DNA of 64,000 nucleotides from Pecten maximus (lineage: Eukaryota), in assembly GCF_902652985.1 (NCBI RefSeq), contig NC_047017.1, positions 1,612,001 to 1,676,000 of the forward strand, read 5' to 3'. The position numbers were made by a program, and so were the translations under genes. Positions 13,701-23,022 of this stretch are shown in pieces (position 1 is the stretch's first letter; each line of letters opens with the position of its first letter). The notes under the pieces were generated by a model, which worked only from the letters and a program-made list of their open reading frames with translations, ran no database searches and had not been told where the DNA came from.

Positions 13701-16700
13701 ATATTTCATTACCTTCACAGAATTAACTGATATTTTATCATACTTCGTGGAGCTCTTTTCTTTTCTAGATTGGAACTCTCAAATTCACTATGACTAAATT
13801 ATAACTGTTCCATCAAAAGCAATGCTAGGTTTCATTGTATGGGTCTGTAAATATACATACCTGTATCTTGCGTTTTATGGCAACAGACAGGCGGAGTGTA
13901 CAAGCGACCTCTCCACTTAAGGACTTCGTCCTCTGTAAATTATAACAGAAATCTCAGTCACTCCAGGTTTTGTTTTAATACAAAAACAAGTTTAAACATG
14001 TTGACTTTAACAACAAAATGGAATATTGCTAAAGAATCTTTAACCACATTTTTATCAAAATCACTTTTAAATTGAATTTCCAGTTTAACAATATTTCCCC
14101 ATAAATGTATGAATGCATACCTGAACACCTATGGCAAAAAGTGTGGCTCCTTTTGTTTTGGACATACATGTTATTAGACCAAATGTCGACAGTTCATGTA
14201 CACTGATGATGTTATCTGCAGGAAAAAAAGGTGAAGTTCCATAATTAGATTACATATGGAGGATAATTTCGGAGTTTGAACGGAGTACATTTCCCAAATA
14301 TATGTAGACATACAGAGTTTATATGTAGGACGTTACATATACCCCGTACATATATATGTAGACATACAGAGTTTATATGGAGGACGTTACATATACCCCG
14401 TACATTTGTGGAGTACACAGTCTGAGAACATATGGAGAAGGTTGTCAAAGCACATATAGAGTACACTGCCTGGTAACATATGGAGTTTACTACCGAGTAC
14501 ATATGAATTACACTGCCGGGATATATATGGAGTTCACTACCCGAGTACATATGACTTACACTGCCGGGATATATATGGAGTTCACTACCCGAGTACATAT
14601 GACTTACACTGCCGGGATATATATGGAGTTTACTACCCGAGTACATATGACTTACACTGCCGGGATATATATAGAGTTCACTACCCGAGTACATATGACT
14701 TACACTGCCGGGATATATATGGAGTTCACTACCCGAGTACATATGACTCACACTGCCGGGATATATATAGAGTTCACTACCGAGTACATATGACTTACAC
14801 TGCCGGGATATATATGGAGTTTACTACCCGAGTACATATGACTTACACTGCCGGGATATATATGGAGTTTACTACCCGAGTACATATGACTTACACTGCC
14901 GGGATATATATGGAGTTTACTACAGAGTACATATGACTTACACTGCCGGGATACATATGGAGTTTACTACCCGAGTACATATGACTTACACTGCCGGGAT
15001 ATATATGGAGTTTACTACAGAGTACATATGACTTACACTGCCGGGATATATATGGAGTTTACTACAGAGTACATATGACTTACACTGCCGGGATATATAT
15101 GAAGGGCACTACTGGAAGGCTTATGGAGTACAATACTCGCTTTCATATGAAGAACATTACCTGAAAGACTGATGAGCAGGAACAATTCTGGCACAACTGC
15201 CAACTGAAATTAGAAAATTGATATCGTACAATTTTTGATACAAATTTGTTTTCTCATCACATAGAAAAGACAGAGTAAGGTAAACAATGCATAGCCCTAT
15301 ATCTCTCACCAAATCCTGATACCACAATAAATGGTGAAAAGTCTGTATACAGTAGGAGACTGGATACTACTGAAACTACTGAGACAAATCTATTCATAAG
15401 AACCACTGCTCTCTGATGCCAATAACCTTGTACTGGCAATTTGTTGTTGTTGAGGATACCGACTTATTACTGGCAATAAGGATGTTAATTGATTATTGGC
15501 AATAGGCTAGGGATGCTGACTGATTAGTAAGAATGTTAACTGACCAAAAGAAATAAGGATGTCAACTAATTACAGGAAATAAGGATGTCAACTAATTACA
15601 GGAAATAAGGATGTCAACTGACTACATGACATAAGGATGTCAACTGACTACAGGAAATAAGGATGTCCACTGACTACAGGAAATAAGGATGTCAACTGAC
15701 TACAGGAAATAAGGATGTCAACTAATTACAGGAAATAAGGATGTCAACTGATTACAGGAAATAAGGCTGTCAACTAATTACAGGAAATAAGTCTGTCAAC
15801 TGACTACAGCAAATAAGGATGTCAACTGACTACAGGAAATAAGGATGTCAACTGATTACAGGAAATAAGGATGTCAACTAGTAACAGGAAATAAGGATGT
15901 CAACTGACTACAGGTAATAAGGATGTCAACTGACTACAGGTAATATGGATGTCCACTGACTACAGGAAATAAGGATGTCAACTGATTACAGGAAATAAGG
16001 ATGTCAACAAGTAACAGGAAATAAGGATGTCAACTGACTACAGGTAATATGGATGTCAACTAGTAACAGGAAAAAAGGATGTCAACTACTTAAAGGAAAA
16101 AAGGATGTCAACTGACTACACAAAATAAGGATGCTGTGTGTAAGCACCTTTTATGTTTTAATTTGATAAATTATTTTGCCCCATTAAATCGTTTCTCTGT
16201 GAGTTAATTGTCTAAGATTGGGATACCTGTAAAATGGGTTTCCTGGCAAAATTCTTGTATGATCTCTCTAATTTCACCTCTGCTTTTTGATCTACAAAAC
16301 AAAGCAAGTATACACAACACACGCATTAAATTGTTTAGACATGATACAATATGTCATGATAAAACAATGTCCTCTGAACTACCACAACGCAACGTCTGGC
16401 CATGATACAATATATGTCCCTAACACAACAATATCTAGTCATGATACAAAGGCTGTGAAAGAAAAATGCTTTTTCTTTGTCAATTGTGTACATATTTATA
16501 TTTTACATAATCTATATATAAAAACAATAAAATAATAAAGATATTTCTATATTACCTGCACCTGCTGTGCGTTTTCACTTTGTATTGTAAAAGATGGCAT
16601 TCTTTTGTTCCAACAAGCAATGTGTCATCTGAAATGTTAGGAAGGAAATATAAGTACATCAATTTAAATGTACGGTTGTACTTGCTTCATCAAATATAGT

Positions 16701-17558
16701 TTCAGTGATTTCTGCAGTAATTTACATATCATTTAAAGCATCAAGTATATAAACAATTCATCTTATCTTGTACACAGAAAAATTGTTATGAAAATAACTG
16801 ATTTTAGTTGCATTTTCGAGGTTCATTGTTTTGTAACACTATCGTCAATGGAAGGGAATCGTAGCTCTGACGACAGCCATCTGTCAGAAATTGTCCGTCC
16901 GTCGTCCAGAGCTACATTATCGCAGCTAACAATATGCATGCAACATGCTGTGATATGCTGAGTATAACGAGTGTAGTCTATGATCATGTCTTGCGTGGGT
17001 ACGTAAAATAAGATGTCTGTATACCAGCTTGACGAGGTGTAGACACCCTCAGGACGACCCGACACAATCACCTTGCTTAGAGAAATCAGCTCACTGCGGA
17101 CATTCACTACTGTAAACAATCATCTTTCTTGACCGATCTCTGTCTATTGTCACTGACATGCAGTGGCTTCCCGAGTCAGCATCGCCGCCAGGGGAATGGG
17201 TAACACACACATAAAATCTAATAATGACGGTACATCAACATTGAAAAGGTTATTGGGTCAAAGAAATGGATATATACAGTACACATATTAAACAGACTTC
17301 AAACCGAATAGAAGTTTAAGACATGCTATGGCACATAATGCTGTACTGCATGGTTAAAGAAAACGTCAGCATGTGGAATTTTGTTGTTTAAGAGATCGGG
17401 GTAATATGTTAATCAACCAAACATTTAACCAACAAAAACAACTGAATGACGTTTTTATGAGGAAATGTCATGCAGAGCTATTTACCGTAACATTCTATAG
17501 ATTCGATTTTCAATGGAAGCTTCTCCAGGATGGGAATGGCCTCGTACGCGTCATGCAT
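1643..17558 (-). CDS. VPS39: Vam6/Vps39-like protein (HOPS subunit), 5' portion; 13 coding exons in window, gene continues past position 1
   Basis: Exons (minus): 17486-17558, 16556-16628, 16227-16291, 15161-15203, 14121-14215, 13861-13932, 12345-12383, 10648-10740, 9787-9970, 8434-8554, 7977-8094, 7616-7745, 1643-1785, all GT-AG. Translation MHDAYEAIPILEKLPLKIE...LLVGTKECHLL...YYWKNRDF...ICVGFKRDY...KELFPVG...NWTDIP...PPYLIALLP...QFELAL...DPSHVIGLYPNLLP follows the CNH and Vps39_1 regions of metazoan VPS39 as I recall them. One phase conflict at exon 2/3 (see findings). Confidence 0.95.
2085..3797 (-). mobile_element. Full-length Helentron-associated non-autonomous element (HINE) carrying a 145-bp satellite
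   Basis: Minus strand begins ttttTAGCTCACCTGcccgaagggcAAGTGAGCT (subTIR+IR hairpin), then a (cgtc)n microsatellite and the central tandem array, and ends CAGGTGAGC..GGGCCCattGGGCCC ttgttt (subTIR plus 3' palindrome) in a T-rich site. This is the known HINE layout. Confidence 0.85.
2251..3680. repeat. 145-bp satellite, ~10 units
   Basis: tgaccttgaatgaaggtcaaggtca recurs at 2251, 2396, ~2541 ... ~3557. Confidence 0.95.
3915..3977. repeat. (GAT/GAC)n microsatellite
   Basis: atgatgatgacgatgacgac...gatgatgat. Confidence 0.9.
4173..6189. repeat. 44-bp minisatellite, ~46 copies
   Basis: unit gtgatgatggacacag(t/c)gatccctaact(g/a)tccgccatgctttac; period 44 (4217, 4261). Confidence 0.97.
6204..6348. 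repeat. 29-bp tandem repeat, 5 copies
   Basis: aaccatttagtcaagtattacagtaagtc. Confidence 0.9.
6537..6801. mobile_element. Double-inverted-repeat non-autonomous element (Crypton-like)
   Basis: Palindrome 6537-6606, then the IR pair ataatttaattt / aaattaaattat enclosing two AGCCAAT motifs. Confidence 0.5.
7616..7745 (-). CDS. VPS39: VPS39 coding exon 12
   Basis: ttcag|DMTEEPEDEKQNRINRIKTLHAFNLFCECKFEESMNIFVKLGT G|gtaagt. Confidence 0.93.
7977..8094 (-). CDS. VPS39: VPS39 coding exon 11
   Basis: tgcag|(S)GCIYVASSNYVWKLNAMPIAYQIRQLLEANQFELALHLA|gtaagt. Confidence 0.93.
8434..8554 (-). CDS. VPS39: VPS39 coding exon 10
   Basis: tccag|(E)NHPPYLIALLPKHVEVRTISPRLLIQNIDLQKARYICQG AG|gtaata. Confidence 0.93.
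8600..9082 (-). repeat. Degenerate ~155-bp HINE-type satellite, 3 units
   Basis: atagtgataacaa..actgtcaaaa..caagatggc..gccattttgtttt..gaacctac..caagttt repeated three times. Confidence 0.7.
9084..9446. mobile_element. Foldback MITE with ~90-bp diverged inverted arms
   Basis: tattactcattcg...aaatggttcaaaactaattattaaacat is the diverged reverse complement of atgtttaatgataagttttgaaccattt...aataagtaat. Confidence 0.6.
9453..9675 (-). mobile_element. tRNA-derived SINE with V-like central domain
   Basis: Minus: GGGGCCGTGGTGGCCAAGTGG (A box), GTTCGAAAC (B box), GGTTTTTCTCCGGGTACTCC..TTTCCTCC (V-domain-like), A/C-rich tail; 11-bp TSD ttcac(a/g)aaggt. Confidence 0.88.
9787..9970 (-). CDS. VPS39: VPS39 coding exon 9
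   Basis: ttcag|INTGNTKELFPVGTKQQEPIV...QKYPINWTDIPIQI G|gtgagg. Confidence 0.93.
10044..10273 (-). mobile_element. tRNA-derived SINE, second copy of the same family
   Basis: Highly similar to 9453-9675; TSD tgctaaaattg at 10033-10043 and 10280-10290. Confidence 0.88.
10648..10740 (-). CDS. VPS39: VPS39 coding exon 8
   Basis: tacag|PEFNMYDVPRDMVWCKDTICVGFKRDYFIVK|gtagac. Confidence 0.93.
10872..11606. repeat. 42-bp minisatellite, ~16 copies
   Basis: caatcaaaccatttggactggaatgtgataacccatgtcccaccc. Confidence 0.95.
12345..12383 (-). CDS. VPS39: VPS39 coding exon 7 (39 nt)
   Basis: tgcag|TYYWKNRDFMDLQ|gtttgt. Confidence 0.9.
12500..13612. repeat. Degenerate ~18-bp minisatellite with higher-order internal duplications
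   Basis: gttactttacaactaccc variants. Confidence 0.9.
13861..13932 (-). CDS. VPS39: VPS39 coding exon 6
   Basis: tacag|RTKSLSGEVACTLRLSVAIKRKIQ|gtatgt. Confidence 0.9.
14121..14215 (-). CDS. VPS39: VPS39 coding exon 5
   Basis: tgcag|(D)NIISVHELSTFGLITCMSKTKGATLFAIGVQ|gtatgc. Confidence 0.92.
14290..15112. repeat. 48-bp minisatellite (~13 regular copies plus a degenerate left edge)
   Basis: gagtacatatgacttacactgccgggatatatatggagtttactaccc; period 48 (14543, 14591). Confidence 0.95.
15161..15203 (-). CDS. VPS39: VPS39 coding exon 4
   Basis: ttcag|LAVVPELFLLISLS G|gtaatg. Confidence 0.88.
15550..16133. repeat. 26-bp minisatellite, ~22 copies
   Basis: aggaaataaggatgtcaactgactac. Confidence 0.95.
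16227..16291 (-). CDS. VPS39: VPS39 coding exon 3
   Basis: tgtag|(D)QKAEVKLERSYKNFARKPILQ|gtatcc. Confidence 0.88.
16556..16628 (-). CDS. VPS39: VPS39 coding exon 2 (3' end has a phase conflict)
   Basis: ttcag|(D)DTLLVGTKECHLLQYKVK..., donor CAG|gtaata; 73 nt. Confidence 0.8.
17486..17558 (-). CDS. VPS39: VPS39 coding exon 1
   Basis: ATG MHDAYEAIPILEKLPLKIESIECY, donor G|gtaaat, phase 1. Confidence 0.93.
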
Positions 17559-17599
17559 CGCAATCGGTTTCTATTTAACAACGTACATCGTGAAAATTA

Positions 17600-17960
17600 T
17601 ACAGGTAAACTGAATATATCACAGTGATTAATAGGAGAAGTGCTCAAGACGATTCTTTCGTTTTCACATGACTGAAATTTTGTAACTCAGTTGTAAAGAG
17701 TTCCACTTCCGTTTAGATGCATTTTCATAATTCTATTCAAACTTCTTGAATTTCTTAATATAATCCTTGATATGATTTAAGGCAAATCCAATGTGATAAC
17801 GCAGCAGTTGGGTCAAATTTATATTGATCATTAACGTATTGCTTCAGTTTTTATCAATAAATAACACTTGTAAATACCCGTACACCGGATATTGGTACGA
17901 TAGGGGCGGGGAACAAACGGGCTGCATCGTCTGCTAGGCCTAATACCAAGGCCACTTACC
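17600..17960 (-). promoter_or_regulatory. Putative VPS39 proximal promoter
   Basis: CpG-richer region upstream of the ATG, with an ETS-like ACGGAAGTG (minus, ~17704-17712) and a GC box GGGGCGGGG (~17902-17910). Confidence 0.4.
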
Positions 17961-18697
17961 GGCAATGAGGGGATTATATCCACGAGCCGCGGCTTGCATG
18001 AACATGTCACATCTGCTATCTGATGTGGAGAACAAACATAAATAAAACCACGTAACAAATGCATTATAATATAGATCTAAATGATCTTGATAATAGAAGT
18101 TTGGCTTCTCATTTCAGTGTGGACTTAAATGGATTGTTTGAAGTTGGAAGTGGAGGAAAGCCGGAGTATTCAATTCCTACTTAGGCTTTAGCTATGAGTG
18201 TGAACATTTTAATAATTGATTATTTTGAAGTGAAACAAATGAAATTTGCTATCGCTGTTTCAAAGGAATCTTCCTCAAATCAAGCCTCCATGATTGTGAC
18301 CCCTTCTTCACAAATGTTCTGGTGAATGTTGAGTTTTGAGACTGATAGGGAAATAAAGATGTCAACCAATTTGAAATTTTACAGTTTAAGTTGGTGATTT
18401 CTAAGTACTTTTCTGTATAATAACATGAATCTTTAAACTTCATGGTATGTATTTGTAGCTTCTTCAATTTTCATTTTCAATTTTGGGACTGACCAGAAAG
18501 ACAGTCATATTTTGTGAATACCAAGCAGTACCACATATCAATAGAACGTAATTGTTAGAGGAAAAAGAAGTTAGATACAGTAAAGATCAAAGTTACAGAA
18601 CCAATAAAGATGCAATAAATTCATTTTGTTTTTGACTTTCGACAGCAACCATATTTAATATCCCATCAAAATTACTGCTATTTTTTTTATTTTTATT

Positions 18698-19038
18698 TAA
18701 GCATTGAACGGCTTTCAGTTGGCATTCATAGTCAATATGAATGCCAACTGGACAGAGGCAAATTCCATGAAGCGCTAGCGCGCTTCATGTTGAATTTGCC
18801 TCTGTCCAGTTGGAATTCATATTGACTATGAATGCCAACTGAAAGCCGTTCAATTCTTATATTTACCATCTGCGATTTTTTATTTTTTCATGCGATTTTT
18901 GTTTTGAAATTTTCAAATTCAAATTTCCCGCGCCTACCAGTAGCAGAGATCACTTCCTGTTGGCAGTTCATAGGCTGGTGAACTCGCAACTGAATTGGTA
19001 GGGTTATATAGTGGCAGTGCCATACAATGGTAAATATA
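18698..19038. mobile_element. Double-inverted-repeat element (Crypton-like) with a ~160-bp palindrome
   Basis: Near-perfect palindrome 18698-18859, then the IR pair tatttaccat / atggtaaata. Confidence 0.6.
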
Positions 19039-19220
19039 TTAATTTGAATGAAAGGTTTTATGCTATGGCCAAGCATCCATCGTCCACCAGTGTATCTCAA
19101 AAACGATACCAATGTAAGAAAACAGATTTAAGTTATGTTTTCCTCTTTAGCAATTTCTTACATAGAAATAGTTGAGACCAGAACATTATGACTCCAACAA
19201 AGCGATGACATAATACATAT

Positions 19221-20032
19221 ACGAGAGGCCTGGAGGGCCTGCATTGCTCACCTTGATATTTCAGGGATTTCAGTGCAAGGAAGCAAAATAGATATATTGT
19301 ATATTTACTATTATGCGACTCCATATCTGCTTGGCTACTGAAAATGTAAATACAATTATAATACTCATGTTAGCTTTGATTTATCTAAACCTTAATTACC
19401 TCCCTCACTAACAGCAAGGGTCAATGTCTGAGAACCATATTGTCCATGACCTTTGACCCAGTGATTTTTGGTCAATTGAATATTCATACAGAACAAGGAT
19501 TTTAAAGATTTTGCTGTATTTCCACTCTTGGGACCCACCCCACAGTTCACTGGTGGGTAAGCCCTACCATTTGTATAATTTGGAATCCCCACCCTCTTTG
19601 GATGCTTCCAGTCAAATATAGCGATATCCAGTGCATAGTTCTAAAGAAGTTGTTCATAGTAATATAACCCAATTGCCTCCTTTTGAACCCACCCCTCAGC
19701 TCCCTCAGGAGTCAGTCATTTAGGGAAGAAGTAATTGATAGCAATAAAGCTAAATTGTCCGTTTTCAGCCCTGCCACTCAGTCCCCTTTCAGTCCAGCCA
19801 CTCGGTCCCCTTTCAGTCCAGCCACTCAGTCCCCTAGGGGATCAACCCCATCATTTGTACAATTTTGAATCCTCACCACTCAGGGATGCTTCTCATCAAA
19901 TTAGATTATACCGGTATTCAAATCAGTAGTTAAGAAGAAGTTGTTTGAAAAATGGTTGATGTACAGACTGATAACTGATGCAAGAATATAGCACAAGCTC
20001 ACCTTGGTTCTTGGGACCAGGTGAACTAATAA
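19221..20032 (-). mobile_element. Degenerate HINE
   Basis: Plus strand begins gagaggcctggagggcctgcattgctcacct and ends agctcaccttggttcttgggaccaggtgaactaa, the same termini type as 2085-3797. Confidence 0.7.
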
Positions 20033-20278
20033 ATGTTATGAACCTTATTAAGTGAACTTTTTCACTAAATGATATATAAATTTTATATTGACCAATCAGA
20101 ACATCATATTCCTATTCATTTCACTCGAAGCTACAGATACAGAAGTAGCAAGAACAGAATCATTGGTCGGTAGATCTCCAAATATTATTATTGAAATAAT
20201 TTACTCACTAAAGAATAACGATAAAATTATTTTCATAATTAATTATGTAAATCTCAAATCAACGTTTCTCGCAGAATA

Positions 20279-20622
20279 TTTTCACTTGATTTTATTTTCA
20301 CCTGTACATATTCAGGAATCCACCATTTGTGAGATATAACGATATTTGAAATAAATATCAAATTTTCACTTGATTTTATTTTCACCTGTACATATTCAGG
20401 AATCTACCATTTGTGAGATATAACGATATTTGAAATAAATATCAAATTTTCACTTGATTTTATTTTCACCTGTACATATTTAGGAATCTACCATTTGTGA
20501 AATATAACGATATGAGAAATAAATATCTAATTTTCACCTGTACATATTTAGGAATCTACCATTTGTGAAATATAACGATATGAGAAATAAACACAAATTT
20601 TCACATGATTTTATTTTCACCT
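20279..20622. repeat. 84-bp tandem repeat, ~4 units, carrying candidate DCAF5 poly(A) signals
   Basis: tttatt (AATAAA on minus) at 20291, 20375, 20459, 20610. Confidence 0.85.
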
Positions 20623-20955
20623 ACTTGGCAAATTAATAGACAGATGAATTCAGTACAATGCAAGATACAAGCAGTTTAGTGTAAATATACGAAATCGGTA
20701 AAAATGATTTTGTATACAATATACAATATAGCCATGAAATACGGAGGCAAGACTTTCTATAGTGAATTTCTTTGAACTACAATCACGTTGTACTAAACCT
20801 ACTAAAGAAATATTAATTCACATACTTTTTCTAAATATAAACCAAGAAATGAAATCATAGTAGCAAATGATAAAGGGTAACAGCTAATACTAATGAAGGC
20901 AAAGAATAAGGACATTCACTGAAGCTACAGTGATAGTTACAAGTTGGTAAAGATG

Positions 20956-21059
20956 CATCGTCGGAAACCCACGGTTGACTGCACTATACGCTACGCTACA
21001 CTTATCACTTGATAAGTGTAGCGTAGCATAGTGCAATCAACCGTGGGTTTCCGATGATG
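20956..21059. mobile_element. 104-bp hairpin MITE with a 9-bp TSD
   Basis: catcgtcggaaacccacggttga...tcaaccgtgggtttccgatgatg flanked by gtaaagatg / gtaaatatg. Confidence 0.75.
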
Positions 21060-21714
21060 GTAAATATGAAAAATACAGGTATATATATGTTCATACAAAA
21101 CTACAAGGAAACCATCACATTCAATTATATAATGAACATAGTTTGATTATGTAGGAAATGGTCAAGAACAGAAGTTTGATCATAAATTATTTACCATACA
21201 TGAATTTCCAAGAAGCAATTACTTTTAAGTAGTCATGCATGCACAGATGGTATACAAGATCCTTGGGTCTAATCTATAGAGAAACATTCTCAGCACATGA
21301 TCACATGGTCAATCCATAAACCAAAGGGAGATCACTCCCAACTAGGGGTCAGTTGATTTAACTGGCCTAGTGACATGCCATGTCATATACTTCTGCTTTA
21401 CATGTTATATATCACACACTGACAGACAAATATCACAAGTTTTCTAGCACTAGTGTGTTTCAAGTCAGACTGCGTAAGTCAACCATTATCTGATACTTCT
21501 GTATACTATTATAGTATATTTCTTCCACACAATGAAAATTTCCAATGGATTCAAATGATTTTATGAAATAATTAAGATATTTTAAGTAAAATTTAAAACC
21601 AGAAGAATTACAAAGCTAGGGTAAATAAGTATAGATAACACGTTGATACTTAACAACACATTGTCCTAGACGGGAATAAGAGACATCTGATTTGGAACAC
21701 ATGCAACCAAGCAC

Positions 21715-23022
21715 TTATGTATCCTCATTGTCTGATCCATGCTGGCGATACTGTCGCTTTAATGCTTTTGTTCGTTTCTTGAATCTTTTGAATTCTGTAA
21801 AATTGGAATGACTGCCTCCAGAGTTTTCAGAGGCTGAACACTGTGCATTTTCATTATTGCTATTTGAGACTGTCACCGATATTTTGTCACAGGAGTTGTG
21901 TATATGAGAATTACCCATAATCCCGATCTTTGCGGATGTCGAGGGTTGGTTATTGAAATCTGTTTCATGCAGATAAGCGCCAAGTTCAGAGTTACTTTTA
22001 CTTGTCCCTGCTTTACTACAACCAACAGTCTGTGTTTCCTCTTTACAAGCTTTCTCACCCGATTCCTTCCCAGCACAAATCACATTCCTGTCTGAACTAT
22101 TCTGCTCTAAGACTTTGCAGGACGTTTCAGCCACAGAAATCTCTTCGTTGTCACTATTATCGGAATCACTCTTTAAGATATTATTTCTAAGTTGCTGAAG
22201 CCGTTTCAGCTGGAGCTGAGCTCTTTGTTTCTGTGAAGAAAGCACATTTTCTGGATGGCCAGTAGAGATTCCAGTGCTGGTCGAATTTTTATTCTGTTCT
22301 CCATCGCTGGACTCAGAACTAGATGATCTGGGTCTTTTGCGTTTTCTCTGTTTATTCCTCAGAGCCTTGCTAGCCTGTCTCTTCACTTCTTTACGTTTTA
22401 CTATGAGCTCAGAGATGCTTCTCCTAGTGTTACCGGTACTGCTGTTTGGTCTCTGTGAGCCTGAATCTGTGTTACTTAAGTTTGCATTCCCATCTGAAAC
22501 ACTTCCACTTTGGTTAGCTGAAGTGTCTAATGACGTATCTAAAGAAATACCAGACGACTGCTCCTCCATACTGCGAGATGTCTGAACTGCAACCACACTT
22601 GCAAACGCAATACTGAACGGGCTGAATGCCGAGTCTTCCTCATAGTTAACATCGCTAGTGTTATTATTGGTCACGCTCTGACCGACATCCGCCCCAGATT
22701 CATACTCTGATCCATTAGACATGTCGGAGTGTGACAACTGAATAATTCGCTCATACAGTTCTTGCTCACTACTCGACAAATCTTCCTCAGACGAGCAGCC
22801 TTCAAGCTCCCGCTGGACCAGAGAATCGAAGAACGCCATCATGCGCGGGTCTTCCTCGGTGGAGTGGCTCGAGTAATCGTGGGTCATCACATGTCCACTC
22901 TGAAGGACCAGGTTGATGTACTCCTCGTGGGTATAAACTGATCTCTCACCTACAGTCGGAGGTGGAGGATTTTCTCCCCCAAGGCCGCCCTCACATCCGG
23001 GCATCTCGAACAGACTCCACAC
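21715..23022 (-). CDS. DCAF5: DCAF5 terminal coding exon 9 (long Ser/acidic low-complexity tail)
   Basis: ttcag|VWSLFEMPGC...EEDPRMMAFFDSLVQRELEG...DNEDT*; ORF 21715..23076. Confidence 0.95.
   Translation of the reverse strand: MWSLFEMPGCEGGLGGENPPPPTVGERSVYTHEEYINLVLQSGHVMTHDYSSHSTEEDPRMMAFFDSLVQRELEGCSSEEDLSSSEQELYERIIQLSHSDMSNGSEYESGADVGQSVTNNNTSDVNYEEDSAFSPFSIAFASVVAVQTSRSMEEQSSGISLDTSLDTSANQSGSVSDGNANLSNTDSGSQRPNSSTGNTRRSISELIVKRKEVKRQASKALRNKQRKRKRPRSSSSESSDGEQNKNSTSTGISTGHPENVLSSQKQRAQLQLKRLQQLRNNILKSDSDNSDNEEISVAETSCKVLEQNSSDRNVICAGKESGEKACKEETQTVGCSKAGTSKSNSELGAYLHETDFNNQPSTSAKIGIMGNSHIHNSCDKISVTVSNSNNENAQCSASENSGGSHSNFTEFKRFKKRTKALKRQYRQHGSDNEDT

Noticed and set aside
16861-16915. 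CTGACGA...GAAA hammerhead-like core in VPS39 intron 1
   Set aside because: Stem II does not abut GAAA and no UH precedes the stem I 3' strand.
17151-17204. HDV-like ribozyme suggested by ...GGAATGGG and a TTCCCGA loop
   Set aside because: No P2 partner strand and no valid P1/P1.1 nesting.
21873-22585. Plus-strand and alternative-frame ORFs overlapping DCAF5 exon 9 (likewise over BBOF1 exons)
   Set aside because: Shadows of real coding sequence with no independent support.
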